A DNA stretch of 64,000 nt from the human T2T-CHM13v2.0 reference genome, Homo sapiens (GCF_009914755.1 NC_060929.1), one strand, 5' to 3'; shown: positions 1 through 15,058, numbered from the stretch's first letter. Program-made: numbers and translations. The notes: generated by a model not told the origin, from the sequence alone.

Positions 1-186
1 GAAAGAAAAACTGGACCTTATTTATCATCCCCCAAACACTCTAGGATGCACCAAGATTGATCATTGCTGAGATTCAAGGGTTCTGAATAGGAAATCAGTC
101 TCTAATCAGCAGAAACACATGCTACATATTTTAAACTTTTACATCTCAGGCAGCAAAAAGATCCTTTTTGTTTTACTACCGCAAAC

Positions 187-235
187 ATAGATCTTCAGTG
201 TTTAATCCTTAAATAGATCTTCAGTGTTTAATCCT
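187..235. repeat. Short tandem duplication (23-bp unit x2, period 26)
   Basis: ATAGATCTTCAGTGTTTAATCCT at 187-209 and 213-235. Confidence 0.9.
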
Positions 236-794
236 CAGGAAAAATTTATAAGGCTTTTATGCATCGTATGGTTTTTTTCTGCTTAAAATCTATGATCTTC
301 AAGTATCGGTTTTCAATGTCCCTTTAAATAGTCTTTCTGAAACTTGTCAGTTTATGACTATTATGACTTCTCTCCTCTCAGGTCATGAAGTTTCATCTTT
401 CCAATCTAAGGATCATTTGAGTACACTGAAATAAGTTTTTGGAAATGGTCCATGGTTTACACATATAAAAAATAAATACTTAGACTCTGATGTTTTCATG
501 TGGCACCCTCACATTTGGCTTCTTTCAACACAGTTTTTAGAGAAGGAAAATTTAAGTTTATAAATTGTGAGCGTTAGCTTCTTTGTCGCCACAAGTCTAT
601 GCACACACTTCTCTTTGCACACACTGTTCCTTCAGTGGGTACATCCCTTACATTCTACATTGTAAAGCCAAGATGGAAACATTATTTGCTGTTTTAATTA
701 ATAGCTAATTACATTCACCTCTGTGCTCATTTCATTTTATTTTTATCAACTTCATTCCCTTAAATTCAAAATCTTGCTACACCACAGGTATGCT

Positions 795-1145
795 CCTTTG
801 ATATGTTAACATGGCTCAGCTACAGTCTCCAGTTGTTCAACCAAACACGAATTTAGTTACTTCTGTGAACATTATTTTTGGATACGATTGAAGTATATAA
901 TCAACTGACTTTAAATGAGAAAAAATTGTCCTAGCTACCAGAGGTCTTGTTTCAATCAGTTGAAAGACCTTAACAGCAGATGTGAGGCTTTCCTAATTAA
1001 GAAGAAATATAATCTGTAGACATCAGCTTCAACTCATGCCTAAGCATTCCAGTCTATCCTTCCTGAAGGCCTGCACTAAAAATTCTTGACTCATCATTCC
1101 TCACAATCATGTAAGCCAGTTTCTTGCAATAGAAAACTAATACAG
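795..1145 (+). mobile_element. ERVL LTR, MLT2-like (degenerate)
   Basis: Motifs CAATCAGTTGAAAGACCTTAA, GAAGAAAT and CACAATCATGTAAGCCAGTTTCTT resemble recalled MLT2 consensus. Boundaries approximate. Confidence 0.6.
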
Positions 1146-1257
1146 TGTTTTGATGATGGAGATACAATTATAATCAATCAAGTAGAACTTATTTACTTCA
1201 TAAGGTTTTTCACATAACAGGAGAGAAAATAATAAATATACTCTTGGTACTCAAATT

Positions 1258-1745
1258 TCTCATAGTTCTAATATTAACCGTTTTAAGAAACTACCACAAC
1301 ATTTGTGCCAAAAAGCAATACAAATTTACTGTCTTCCAGTTTTGGCATTCAGAAGCTCAAATGCATCTTTCTAAGCTAAAAATCAGGGTGTATGCAAGAC
1401 TGAATTCTCTCTGTGCCTGTAGGAAAATCTGTTTTCTTATGTTTTCCAGCTATTAGAGGCTGCCTGAAGTCCTTGGCTTATTGCACCTTCCTGTCTTCAA
1501 AACCAGCAGAGCAACATCTCCAAATCCCTCTCTGCCTATTTCTTTTTCTCTCCTTTTCCCACTTAGAAGGAGGCTTATGATTACATTGAGTCCACCCAGA
1601 AAATCCAGGATAATCTTCCCATCTCAAAGTTAGCTGATCAGCAAACTTTCACCTTACTCCTCTTTGCAGTGTAACCTATCATATTCAGAGGTTCCTGGGA
1701 CTATGATACCGACACCTTTGGGGGGCCATTGTTCTTCCTACCACA
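1258..1745 (-). mobile_element. MaLR LTR, MLT1D/E-like
   Basis: GATTACATTGAGTCCACCCAGAAAATCCAGGATAATCTTCCCATCTCAA and terminal GGGGCCATTGTTCTTCCTACCACA match the MLT1 reverse complement. Confidence 0.75.
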
Positions 1746-2307
1746 TCATCTATGGCACTTATATCCTTATTACTAAATTTATATTATTTCATGCTCTTTT
1801 CTGCCTTGAGCCCTCTAAGAAAGCATCCCCTGTTGACATAAATGTAAATGCCTTAATCAAATGTCCAGATTTGATGTATTTATTTATTTAATTTTATTTT
1901 TTATTCAATCCTCTCCAAGTGGTGACTACACTTAAGCTCATACCCTGGTGAGTCTACCAGTTTAATACTGGCTTGGAGATTCATCTGATTTTTTTCTCTA
2001 CTCTAATTATAACTCCGATTTTCTTTTTCCTTAAATCTATGACATTCTACAAATTCTGTCATAAAAACTGACCCAGTGTTTTTTATTTTCCTCTTTTGCA
2101 TTTCCTTCCCCCTTTTGAAAAAAACTACTATTCATTCTTTATATATGTGTACCATGCCCATTCTAGAAAGTGCCCTTTTGATACAGCCCACTTTTTTTTC
2201 TTCTCTATAATTTTCTTAAAAAATATCAAAATGTACTTATTTATTCCAACTTTACAAATTTTTTATTTATATTTCAGCTGTAATTTTGCTGAAATTGTTG
2301 TCCAAGT

Positions 2308-2658
2308 TGTGGTCTTAGAGCGTGTAATAAAAATACCATCACCTGGATAGCTTATAAACACAGGAATTTACTTCTCACAGTTCTGTAGGCACCAAATCCA
2401 ATATCAAGGCACCAGCAGATTTGATGTCTGGTAAGGATCTATTTCCTGGTTCACAGATGGCACCTTTCTGCTATTTTGCCATATGATGGAATAGGCAAGT
2501 TCTGTTCCCTTGCACCTTTTGAATGAGGACACTAATCCCAGGACCCAATCCCATGAACAAATTACCTTCCAAAGGCCCTGTCTCCTAATACCATTACCTT
2601 GGGGATTAGAAATTTGAAATACGAAATTTGGGAAGACATGGACATTTGGATCATAGCA
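2308..2658 (-). mobile_element. MaLR LTR, MLT1A-like
   Basis: GCTTATAAACACAGGAATTTACTTCTCACAGTTCTG through GGACATTTGGATCATAGCA. Confidence 0.75.
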
Positions 2659-3610
2659 TTTTCCAACAAACCAAGGTGAGAGGAAACAAGACTGAAAGGA
2701 AATACACACTTAGCAAATTCTGGGTAATTTGCATGTTTTTTGGTTATAGAACAATTTCTATAGATGTTCATGTGTAAATCAGCTATATGTATTCCCTTGA
2801 AGCCCAAGAGAACATCTAACTAACTTGTCCTCAGAAATGAATCAAGCAATTAAACACTTAAAAAATAACAGAAAGAATATTGGATTAGAATTTTACTTCT
2901 ACTCCTGGCTTTTTTTTTTTTTTCCAGGTTGACTAATTTGAAGCATGTTGTCCCTGTCTACTTCAAAGCATTGTTTTGAGGTCTCATTTAACCAAATATT
3001 TTAAAGTTTTGAGTTATCTGTTTACATGAATATAACAGATTTTCTAATGATAATGCATGCAATTATCATTAGAAATAACAATCACTATGAATGATAATCA
3101 GAGGTTTAAAATTTACTTTAGACTCTTCATTAAATTAAATTTTATAAGGACCCATATAAATACATGTCAAATTAAATCTCTGAGGTATTGTGACTCTGAA
3201 TACATTTTGGAAATACACCTTCAGAAATAATCAATCCATGTATTTATTATTGACTAAATATAGGTGCTTTAAAATATCAGGAATTTTAAAAAGTTAATCT
3301 GTTTTTCATTTTCCTGTGTGTAGGAGCATGACATTTGGAAAAATGTTTGCACTTTCAAATTGTGAAAAAAGTAGCTACTAATTCTCTTTTCACGTTTGAC
3401 ATTTATCATATTATTTTCAGGTATGGCATTTATTTACTCATTCATTTCATTAAAATAAAATCATGTAAATATAAACCTCTTTTTATTCAGACTGTATGTT
3501 CTTAAGCAGGTTATAATTGTCTAAACTATTGAAAGGGAATTTGACACAAATTAAAGCTTCTGTAAATATCCATTTGGGTAATTACCTCCATCATTGTCTG
3601 CATCCTAATA

Positions 3611-3905
3611 CGGATGCTCCTTAACTTACAACAAAGTTAACGTGCTGATAAACCCATCATAAATTAAAAATATCAGAAATCAAAAATGCATTTAATACAC
3701 CTAATCTACTGAATATCATAGCTTCACCAAGCCTACCATAAATATGCTCAGAACAGTTACATTAGCCTAAAGTTGGACAAAATAATCTAACATTTGAATA
3801 CCTCATGTAATTTATTGAATAGTGTATTGAAGTATGGTTTCTAATGAATGCTTATCATTTTCATACCCTCATAAAGTCAAGAAATCATAAGTTGGGGACC
3901 ATCTG
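3611..3905 (+). mobile_element. MER47A (TcMar-Tigger DNA transposon), internally deleted
   Basis: Starts after TA with CGGATGCTCCTTAACTTAC, contains AAAATGCATTTAATACACCTAA, ends AAGTTGGGGACCATCTG (terminal inverted repeats). Confidence 0.85.
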
Positions 3906-4239
3906 TCCTAGTATTCAGGAAGAAGACTAACAGCTAAGATTTCATTTTATATAATATAACATCCAATATGAACATCTGAGTCTTAGGTAGCTTCTGAAAA
4001 TGCACTAAATTATGACTGTTGAATGTCACCAGATGCTATTTGATTTCTTGGGTTCTTTCATCCATGTGACTCTGTGTATCTGGACAAATATAATAAAACA
4101 TTTGACTACAAATAAAACTACAAATTTCCAGAGACATTATAAATGTGAAGTAAAATAAGAAAAGATATTCTAGATTATATTACGCTTTTATTTTTGTTGA
4201 AACTAAAAGTAAGAAAGAATGTGTTTAAAAAATGGTTGA

Positions 4240-4594
<355 letters not shown>

Positions 4595-4826
4595 TCAATA
4601 TACGTCCCTATAGGTTTACTTGGACGGACTAAAAGTAACAACTGAAACAGGATAACAGAAATAAGATGCATCAATGGATAATATTAAATTAAAAGGCTCA
4701 TTCATAAGAATTAATTTCTAATGCTAATTAAGACATAAGATGTAGTTAAATTTTGAAAGTAATTTTAAAACATTTTAATTCAATATCTAATCCATATAAT
4801 TAAAAATTTCAAAGTTGATATCACAA

Positions 4827-5120
4827 TTTTTTTTTTTTTGAAATAGTGTCTCACTCTGTCACCTAGGCTGGAGTGCGGTGGTACTATGTTGGCTCACAGC
4901 AATCTCTGCATCCTGAGTACAAGCAATTCTTGTGCCTCAGCCTCCTGGGTCACTGGCATTGCAGGTGCTCACCACCATGCCCAGCTATTTTTTTTTTTTT
5001 TTTAATTTTTAGTAGAGACAGGGTTTTGCCATGTTGGCCAAGCTGGTCTTGAACTCCTGGCCTGAAGGGATTCACCTCCCAAAATTCTGGGATTACAGGC
5101 TTGAGACACCTCACCTGGCC
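4827..5120 (-). mobile_element. AluJ-like
   Basis: Poly(T) followed by diverged Alu reverse complement ending CACCTGGCC. Confidence 0.9.
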
Positions 5121-5567
5121 CAAGACAAAATTTTAATGATTTATTTTCTAAAATTTTTATTCGATGGCATCGAGAAAAGTGTTTATTTCCCAAAACAGCA
5201 ATCTTGGGTCTTGCATGATTCAAGTAAATTACTTCCCCATGTGTTTCTGATTCTGCCTTAATAACAATCCCTAAATTACAATTTACTAGTTTTAAAAATA
5301 ATGTAAAATTTAGAAATTTTTTGGTCATTAGCAATTTAGAGTTTTATTTGGGTAAAGGTGTGTTTGATGCTGACTAAGGTAGTATTTATTGATTGCTAAA
5401 AACAGGGCTACATGAAATAACAACTAGATATTTCTTAGATATTATAGCTATCTTTTCCCTTTTTCTGAAGAGGAGAATTGGAGATGGGCCCCCATCTTTT
5501 CTGATTCTTTATCTAGTTATTACACTACATTTTCTTTTAATTGTCCACAACTTAATGATTTCAATAG

Positions 5568-5846
<279 letters not shown>

Positions 5847-6007
5847 TACTGAGTTTTTATGTTTACTTTCAGGCAGAGTTTGGTGAGATGGAATTTTGTC
5901 TCTTAGGGACTAAGTGTTCAATACTATCCGAAAACATAGCCAACACTAATATTTTGTTTCTATTTTTTCTAATGTGTTGGCAAATTTAACTGCCCCAAAC
6001 TATAATC

Positions 6008-6870
6008 CACTCATTTATTATGTCAACAAATGTCTACTTAGTTTTTATAATATGCATGTTTCTACTCTGTCCTAGCTGTGTGAAACAGTAAGTGAAAAAG
6101 ACAAAATCCTTGCTTGCATGAACTTCTCATTCCAGAGGAATGAATATATAAACAAATACAAAAACATATTTTTGCCTTTAACTCAGGCCACTGCCCTCTG
6201 TGGGCACTGCCTTTTAAGGAAAACTTAATGTTCATCGATTCTTGTCATGAAAATAAGCCCATTTTCTGCTAAGGATGTTGCTTTCATTATATGGAACCAT
6301 GTAATGTATATGAAACTTTATTCTACTAGAAGTTTGAATGTTGGGATCACATCTTAGCTTAAAGGATACTTTTCTCAGAATGATCTTCCCTGTTTTCCAG
6401 TCCAGAGTAGCCAAACTAACAACTCCTTCTTCCAACTTTCTTACCTATCAACTTTTAATTTTCTTCAGAGTACTTAGCACTAATTTATTATGTATGTATA
6501 ATATATAGAAATTAATTTCTATATACACATATTTATTGAGTTTGTAATATTTATATGCAATTATATTTCAAAGTATGTGTATTTATTTATTTTCTTGTTC
6601 AAACATTTGCTTGTCTTTCTATTTATGCCCCATGTACCATAAGCTGGAAAGTTAAAACAATTTATTAACCGTGTTTATCATTAGGAACATTTCTTGGGGC
6701 ATAACAGAGCTTGAATGCTTGCTGAATGAATAATGCATCAATGAATGAGGGTCATGGATAATTGTTTTCAGTAAGTGGTAGAAGCCATTGAAAGGGCTTA
6801 CATTGGGAAGCTATAGTACCTAACTCACTATAAGAAAGACCACTCAGGCATCGGACATAAAGAACACAGT
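6008..6870. mobile_element. L2 fragments in both orientations
   Basis: L2 3'-end signatures: CATTTATT..CAACAAATG (minus, ~6010) and GCTGAATGAATAATG (plus, ~6720). Highly diverged. Confidence 0.55.
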
Positions 6871-8139
6871 AGTTTTATTTCTCATGACTGTCACGCACAC
6901 TTTGTACTTCATAAATCATTATAAGAGGGTCTGAATACAGGGGTGTGGGTTCCTTGAAGGCAAAAATTATAACTTTTATCCAAGAAATTTTGATATCTAA
7001 TGGAGATCTAAACATGATTTGTACTTTCAGAAATATTTGTTGTTGAACAAATGCCTTATGAGTTGCAGGCATTCAGATAAACACAATGAATGTGCTAATT
7101 ACAAGGTAGAAATCCCGACTTAAAATGGCCAATTCCTAATTTCAAAGACGTCATTGTATAGTAATAAGGCATTCTTGCTTACAAACGATTGAATGCAAAG
7201 TGCTATAGAATAAAACAAATCAAACAAATCAGCAACTGGATAGTTAACCTATGACTATAATATGGAAAACAAAAATGAAATAAATATTTTTATAAGAGTT
7301 GGTCTTGATAAATGTTTTATCTATTCAGTATCCATGTTTGTTTTATTTTATATCTCACATCTGCTAGGCCATAGCTTTCATCAAATACACAGCATTAGAT
7401 ACAATCTAGTATACGCATATGATGGCAATTTCTGAAATCATGATACTGCCCACAATTTTAGTATAATTTAATAAAAATTGTGTTATCAAATGCAAGAGGA
7501 AGGACCTGATTTTTATCAAGGTCAACCTGATTTTGAATCCTTAATTTACTAATTAATAGCCAGATTATTGATAAATATGCAGCACAGGCTCTGACATAGT
7601 GAACATTAGCTTTTTTCCCAACTGCACAAAAGATAGTCTCACTAGATTGTGACATCTTCTGCAAAGCCAGCTGTTCTCAATGTACACTGCATATAGTATA
7701 TACTACTGGTGGTAACTGTGATCTTTGTGATAAAATGAGTAAGGATGAATATAAAAAAGCATTCCTTTCTTCAGTACACCAACGCCAAGAAAGAAGGTAG
7801 GACCAAAGGAAAAGACATGCATGAAGACTCTACTGACAGTGTTCCTACCCCTGGTGGTGGTAGGTGGCAGGGTGAGAGGGTGAGTATTTTTTTTTTTTTT
7901 TTTGTATGGGGGAGATTGGGTCAGAGAGTTGGGCTAGTCCAGCATGGATAAGAATTACTCAAGCATGAAACACAATGTCTCAGCGGCTGCAATAGGCATA
8001 ATTTTGTCCCCTATGACATTCACCCACTCTTGCTCAACCTGTGGATGGCCAAATAACAACCAAACAACAACAACCAAAACAGAAAAAAACTTTACAGATG
8101 ACATTAAAATAGGAAAATTATCTTCAACTATTCAGATAT

Positions 8140-8412
8140 TCCCACTATAATCACATGAACTCTTAAAAGCAAAAGAGCTGAAGGCAGAGGTGCCCAAGTC
8201 AGAGAAACAAGGCAGAAAGGGAAGTCAGAGCTCAGAAATATGAGAAATATTTGATTTGTATGGCAATCTTGACGTAAGAGACTACCTGGAAAACACATGA
8301 GAAATAATTTAATGTTTCCAACAATCAGAATGAGCCTAGGAGATTTCTCCTCAGAGCCTCCAGATAAGCACCTATGCCAGCCAAAGAAAGCACTGATTAC
8401 AGCCTTATGAGA
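8140..8412 (+). mobile_element. MaLR LTR fragment, MLT1E/F-like
   Basis: TATAATCACATGAACTCTTAAAAGC, GATTTCTCCTCAGAGCCTCCAGATAAG, GATTACAGCCTTATGAGA. Confidence 0.6.
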
Positions 8413-8472
8413 AGGAAGAAGGGGTATTGAGAGAAAAGGAGGGAGGGAAGGAAGGAAGAAAGGAAGGAAGAA
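8413..8472. repeat. Purine-rich (GGAA)n-like low-complexity tract
   Basis: GGAGGGAGGGAAGGAAGGAAGAAAGGAAGGAAGAAG. Confidence 0.8.
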
Positions 8473-9677
8473 GCACCCAGATTCATAAAGCAAGTTCTTA
8501 GAGACCTACAAAGGACACAGACTCCCACAAAATAATAGTGGGAGACTTCAACACTCTACTTACAACATTAGACAGATCATCAAGGCAGAAAGTTAACAAA
8601 GATATTCAGGACCTGAACTCAACATTGGACCAAATGGATCTGATAGACCTTTACAGAATTCTCCACCCCAAAACAACAGAATATACATTCTTCTCGTCAT
8701 CACATGACATGTACTCTAAAATTGACCACATAATTGGACATAAAACAATCTTTGACAAATATGAAAGAACCAAAATCATACCAAACATACTCCCATACTC
8801 TAAAATTGACCACATAATTGGACATAAAACAATCTTTGACAAATATGAAAGAACCAAAATCATACCAAACATACTCCCAAACCACAGAGCAATAAAAATG
8901 TAAGTCAAGACTATGAAAATTGCTCAAAACCATGCAATTACATAGATATTAAACAATATCCTTCTGAATGATGTTTAGATAAATAATGAAATTAAAGCAG
9001 AAATCAAGAAGTTCTTTGAAACTAAGGAGACCAAAGATACAACATACCAGAATTTCTGGGAAACTGCTAAGGCAGTTTTATGAGGGAAATTCATAGCACT
9101 GCCACCATCAAACATTTGGAAATATCTCAAATTAACAACCTAACTTCACAACGGAAAGAATTGGAGAAGAAAGGACAAACCAACCCCAAAGCTATCAGAA
9201 GATGAGAAATAACAAAACTCAGAGTTGGACTGAAGGAAATTGAGAAATGAAAAACCATTCAAGAGATCAATGAATCCAAGAGTTGGTTTTTTGAAAAAAA
9301 TTATAAAACAGGCCACTAGCTAAACTAATAAAGAAGAAAAGAGAGATGATCCAAATAAACACAATTAGAAATGACAAAGGGAATGTTACTGCTGACCCTA
9401 TAGAAATAAAAACAACCATCAGAAACTGCTGCAAACACCTTTATGCACACAAACTAGGAAACCTAGAAAAGACAGATACATTTCTAGAAACATGCACCCT
9501 CTTAAGCCTGAGCCTGGAAGAAATTGATTCTCTGAACACATCAATAATGATCTCCAAAATGGAATCAGTAATAAATAGTCTACCAACCAAAAAAAGGCCG
9601 GGACCTGATGGATTCACAGCCAAATTCTACCATATATAAAAAGAAGAGCTGGTACCATTCCCACAGAAACTATTCCA
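8473..9677 (+). mobile_element. LINE-1 ORF2 fragment (endonuclease and downstream linker; older L1PA/L1PB), disrupted
   Basis: ORFs 8538-8903 (GDFNTLL, DLIDLYRILHPKTTEYTFFSS, YSKIDH) and 9346-9639 ([21 protein letters not shown]) are ORF2p motifs, with stops and frameshifts. Confidence 0.95.
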
Positions 9678-12255
9678 CTATGTTATTTCTTATAATTTGG
9701 AAGAATTTATTTTCTATCAATTTATTATTAATGTAAAATAATCAACATTTTAAAACTGTTACATTTAATATTAATTCCTATTACTTTGACAACCTATTGT
9801 CAAAAATATATATATATTCATAAATTATTCCACCTAATCTTCATAAAGTACTCTATTTAATAGTAATTTTAAAATTATAACGTTCTAGTTACATAGCAAT
9901 TAGTCAAATAATCTAAAGAAAACGGTTCAATGAAGGTGACAGAATCAGGATCAAACTCTAATACTGCTTATATCCAAAGTCCACACTCTTTGTACTGTGC
10001 CACTTTGCTTTCTCCATACATTAATGTAGTGATATATAAGTGTATAAATCCATATCCAATTTTTCACTTCCTGAAAATAATAATTCATCCTTCCAGACAG
10101 CTATATTAAATAAGAATAGACACAGGAAAAGCTTTCTGCTGTCAAATATTCTTAGTCAATGAGATAATTTTTAGAAATATCAAATATAGAACTACAGACA
10201 AGAAGGCATTTGAAAATAAAACCACGGCCCATTTAACCACTTAAGAAAGAAAATGAGGTTTTTAAGAAGGAGGAGGGCCCCCATAAAAAGATGCCCGAAG
10301 ATGATCTCTACAGTGATGACACTCAGATTCTTTCCCCCTCATCTCCAGTTAGGAGCTCTCATCATTTGCCAGGCTTCATAATTATCGATTACTGAAATTG
10401 GCCAAGTAGATGCATATGCAGCCATCAATACTGAGCAAGTTTGCTACTGAAAAGCTAGCAACTCTATTATTAAGAGTTATGAAGTTTCTTAATGCAAAAA
10501 TGTCACATTTGTTTATTATGTTAAATAAAATTAAATGTGGTTCTCTCCCTACCGGAATTATTTTTGGAAGAAATTAGATCTGTTATTTTGAAGCCTGCTC
10601 TCCTTCCCTAATATTGTAAAAAGTTTCAGAAGTTTTGTAATTCAGACAAATGGAGAAAGCCTTTCTAAACTATTGCCACCATCCCTAAGATGGCCACCAT
10701 ACAGTCTTTCTGAGCTATTCAAAAGGAAACAGGTTCAGAATACAAGGCCTATGCACAGTTATTACCACAGTCAGATTTCTTTGTAGCACCCAAAGCCTGG
10801 CCCCTGAAAGCTCCACTGGCAAGTTTCTATAGGCAAATCTTCTGGACATCTTGCAGCCTTTGGGGTGCTAAGTGGAGTAGTGAGAAAAGACCCACACTCC
10901 TCTGTGACTACTTAACTCCTTATCCTCCATATCAAGCTTCTCTGCTCCTTTAGCCCTATAAGACTACATGCATCCCAAAGCTATCTCCAAAGCTGCATTA
11001 TCCTGATTGCTTTCAAAAGCCTTTTGTTTTCCCCTAGCAGGGAAAATTAGGCTCCCATTTCTAGGACACAAATCCCTGACCATCCTTCTGGAAGGGGGAG
11101 GTAATATCACTTCTCATTCTTTGGCAAATACCATCTCTCATTCACTGGAGCTGGGGACAGTCATGACAGTCATGGTTATTGACTCAATCAATTATCCTGC
11201 CATATTTTTTCTCTAGTGTGCACTCCCTGTTTACAAAAATAATAATAATAAAACCTTTCATCTCAGTATCCCTTACATGAGGTGATAGAAGGATATTTGG
11301 TTGGATACTGATATGCATCTTCTCTGCAATGCTTGGTCTAATCTATGTGTAAGCATATGGATATTTTCACCAAACTTCTGGCTATTCAGGAATCTGACCT
11401 TCACTCCTCTTCAGTTTATTTGTTGAAAACCTTTTTATGAAGTATTTAGACAATTAACCACAGAAATTGGCCTCAATGATGTTTTTTTCTTTCTTAACTC
11501 TCCAGTGGTTGTGATAACATCTAGGTCTCTTATTTACTAACAGTATGCTCTATCCAAATTCCAAGTGGCTTTTCTAAAGACATGTTTGTTAAAATGTCAT
11601 TCTTGCCAAATGATCTAAATTTGTAATAATGTATTACTTCCTTCAATGAACCCAAAGCATCCTGCACTGCCTATGTGTCATTCATATTAATTTGCATCTC
11701 AGATAGCATACCTAGATTTGGGATAATGGTGGTGGGAAGATCTCCACATTCCAGGGCTTTAGCAATGTAAATTACTATTTGTCTCTACTTCCATAAGAAG
11801 GATTTTAATTTCTTAGACATTCAGAGACTGAGATTAGGAGGCCTAAAAGTATCCTTTTCAAACTTTCACTTTCCGGGTGTTCTCTTAAAAGTTTCAAAGA
11901 AATCAAGACTTTCCGCTAGCTGTAATGAGACAGTCATTTCCCTATCTTCCTTCTGAATCTTCCTGTACATTATTGCATTCATTCCCAAAGATCTCTCTAC
12001 ATTCCATAGGTATTGGGGGAAATATTAAGAATAAACTCTCTTACCAAGTCAGAAAATCCTCTCTCAAATGTAGAAAAGGAAAAAAAAATTATCTCCATTT
12101 TATTGTAGTTTTATTGTTGAATAAGGATTTAACCAAAGTGTGATGTGCATGACAGGCAATCCACTAATGAGATTGCAAAGACAGAAGGAAGGAACCCTCA
12201 CCTTTCTATATAGCCAAGAAGATATAATAATTACTTGCACATTCTCTTGCTCTCT

Positions 12256-12559
12256 CTTTTTTACTTTTTTTTTTTTCTTTAATGGAGTCTCACTCTGTCG
12301 CCCAGGCTGGAGTGCAGTGGCGTGATCTCGGCTCACTACAAGCTCCCTGTCCCGGGTTCACCCATTCTCCTGCCTCAGCCTCCTGAGTAGCTAGGACTAT
12401 AGGCACCATCCACCACGCCTGGCTAATTTTCTTGTATTTTCAGTAGAGACGGGGTTTCACCTTGTTGGCCAGGGTGGTCTCCATCTCCTGACCTCGTGAT
12501 CCGCCCCTCTCAGCCCCGCAAAGTGCTGGGATTACAGGCGTGAGCCACCGCGCCCGGCC
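12256..12559 (-). mobile_element. AluY/Sc inserted into the tail of an older Alu
   Basis: Full Alu reverse complement ending CACCGCGCCCGGCC, with similar CTCTTTTT.ACTTTT on both flanks. Confidence 0.93.
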
Positions 12560-12865
12560 TCTTTTTCACTTTTTATAGAGACAGGGTCTCATTCTGTTGC
12601 CCAGGCTTGAATGCAGTTGCACGATCTTGGCTCACTGCAGCCTTGACCTCCTTGGCTCAAGCAATCATCCTGACTAAGCCTCCTAAGTAGCTGGGACTAC
12701 AGGTATGCGCCACCATATCCAGCTAATTATTTTTAATTGTTTTTTGTGGAGACTGAGTCCTGAGTCTTGCTAATTTACCCAGATGAGTCTCAAGCCCCTT
12801 GCCTCAAGCGATCCTCTAACCTTGGCCTTCCAAAGTGCTGAGTTTATAGGTGTGATCCACCTCGA
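12560..12865 (-). mobile_element. AluJ
   Basis: GAGACAGGGTCTCATTCTGTTGCCCAGGC and GCAGCCTTGACCTCC are J-type diagnostics. Confidence 0.9.
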
Positions 12866-14745
12866 GGGGACTACATGCACATTCTCAACATTAATGACAA
12901 CTTGTCCTCCTAGTAAGAGGACCCGACAGTCCATTTGCTATACATTCTTTCTTACTCCATCCTAAATGTATGTGGTAATCAGAGTACCCATCTGACCTAC
13001 TTATTTGCTTTATTCAGAGGAAAAATAAAATATCTATCAAGGTAGCTTGGCTAAACTCAAACAATGACAGGGAAATGAGTGGGGGTGCTATCTTTCTTGA
13101 TGTTAATATTTCAAAATGATGGCTCTGAGGACCTTGAGAACAAAACATTGCTGTGTTATGACTCTGTCAATAACCTCATTTCGGTTTTAAAAAAGGGTCA
13201 CATGTATATTAATGGAACAAATAAAGGATTTAGACAAAAATATATGCAAATACATGATTTCTTGAGGAAAAGTTACTCTAACAACCAGGAAGGCAGAAAG
13301 GGTATCTACCTTTTAGTAATACAGAAAAGTCTTCCCCCACTCCCATAGATTCAAAAGTCATTTTCAAACATTTTTTTCTCTTGTATCACTAAGGTAATTT
13401 TTAATATATATATTTACATATATTTATCTTGGTAGCTAAATTATATTCATCATGGGTTTAAGTAGTTGCAATTCCCAGTAAATTAAAAATGTTAAAATTT
13501 TAAAATAATACTACTATGACACTTTTAAATATTTCTAAAGAAATCTAGAAATTATAGTTAATTTATATTCAATATTATTCATTTTGAAAAGGAAGGAAGA
13601 AGTGCTTCTTTTACGGTCAGAAATTTTACATTTAAAAATCTTGTTTTCTTGACTTGAATTTCATTTCTACTTTCGAAACAAAATGTTTATCAGTATAATT
13701 TACTGTTTTAGTACGTAAAGATAATTTATTAATTATATGGATTACAAAAGTAAATTTATATTTAATTTTTGTTGCTTTACAGTTCTTTTGAATTACATTA
13801 TTAAAAGTTGAATTAAAACATAAACGTGACAGATTTTAAAATTCAATTATTTTCAAAAGCATTTTTTGAAATTTACCTCCTAATGTTTTGCCTATAAATT
13901 CATGTTTTTATAAATGAATCTTTTTTATTGCTAGAAGGTGGCAGGTTCCACATCATTCTTATTCCTATATCATTATTTTTATAAGATCTAAGAACTGAGA
14001 AATCTTGTTCTCAGAAATAAGTGGATAGGATTGGAAGGGCTTTGTTATAACAATGACATTTGATTCTTTGAACTCCTTTGAAGAATGACAACAAAAATTG
14101 CAGGTGTCCATTGACAATTCAACTAGGTATTTCTTCAAATTTTTAAAAGTAATTAAAAATCTAAAACAAAACAAAACAAAACAAAAAACACAAATGATTA
14201 GCAAGATTTTGTTACCCAGTCATCAAGGTGACTTACTTTTGAGAAGTGGAGATGAATGTTTTGAATTGCCCCTTCGTTTTGCATCCTGGAAATTTCAACA
14301 CCTGGGGACAAAGCACCAAGGTAAAGTTAAAAAAAGTGGAGAAATATTTTTCTCTTTTAAAAAAAGAAACATTGTCGGAGAAGAATTCTTTTGAAAAAGA
14401 AGAAATGAAAGAGGGACAGCAAGAATGATGAAAGAAGTATTCGAATGTGACACCTGGAAACCTGTTCTTTAAAAGTCTTTGCCTGGCCACAGTACGCCTC
14501 ACAAAGTCTTTGTGTACTCTCCAGGGTTAGCAGGCCTCAGATCAAAATTAGAAGCCTAAATGGCAAACTAACCAAATTGGTTTTTTTTTTTGTAAAGTAA
14601 AATCTCTCAATTCACTTTTAAAATAAACTTAATCTGGTTTGAAGTGTCCCTATGACAACCATCTCAATACTGAATTTTAATTATATGATAGGTATGTAGC
14701 TAATTACATCAAACAATAGTTAACAGTTAAATCGATCTCTGGCTG

Positions 14746-15058
14746 TATTTTTATTTTTATTTTTTTGAGAGCTTCTCTCTCTATCATCCAGGCTGGAGTG
14801 CAGTGACATGATCCCGGCTCACTGCAACCTCTGACTTCTGGGTTCAGGCAATTCTCATGCCCCAGCCACCCAAGTAGCTGGGACTACAGGCAGGCACTAC
14901 CATGCCTGGCTAATTTTTTGTAATTTTTTTGTATTTTTAGTAGAGACAGGATTTTACCATGTTGTCTAGGTTGGTCTTGAACTCCTGGCCTCAAGTGATC
15001 CATCTGCCTCAGCCTCCCAAAATGCTGTGATTATAGGCGTGAGCCACTGCGCCTGGCC
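14746..15058 (-). mobile_element. Alu (J or early S)
   Basis: Full reverse complement, TSD-like CTCTGGCTG(G)TATTTT on both flanks. Confidence 0.92.

Noticed and set aside
8712-8879. Direct repeats as a CRISPR-like array
   Set aside because: Only two adjacent copies, no spacers, no cas genes, eukaryotic context.
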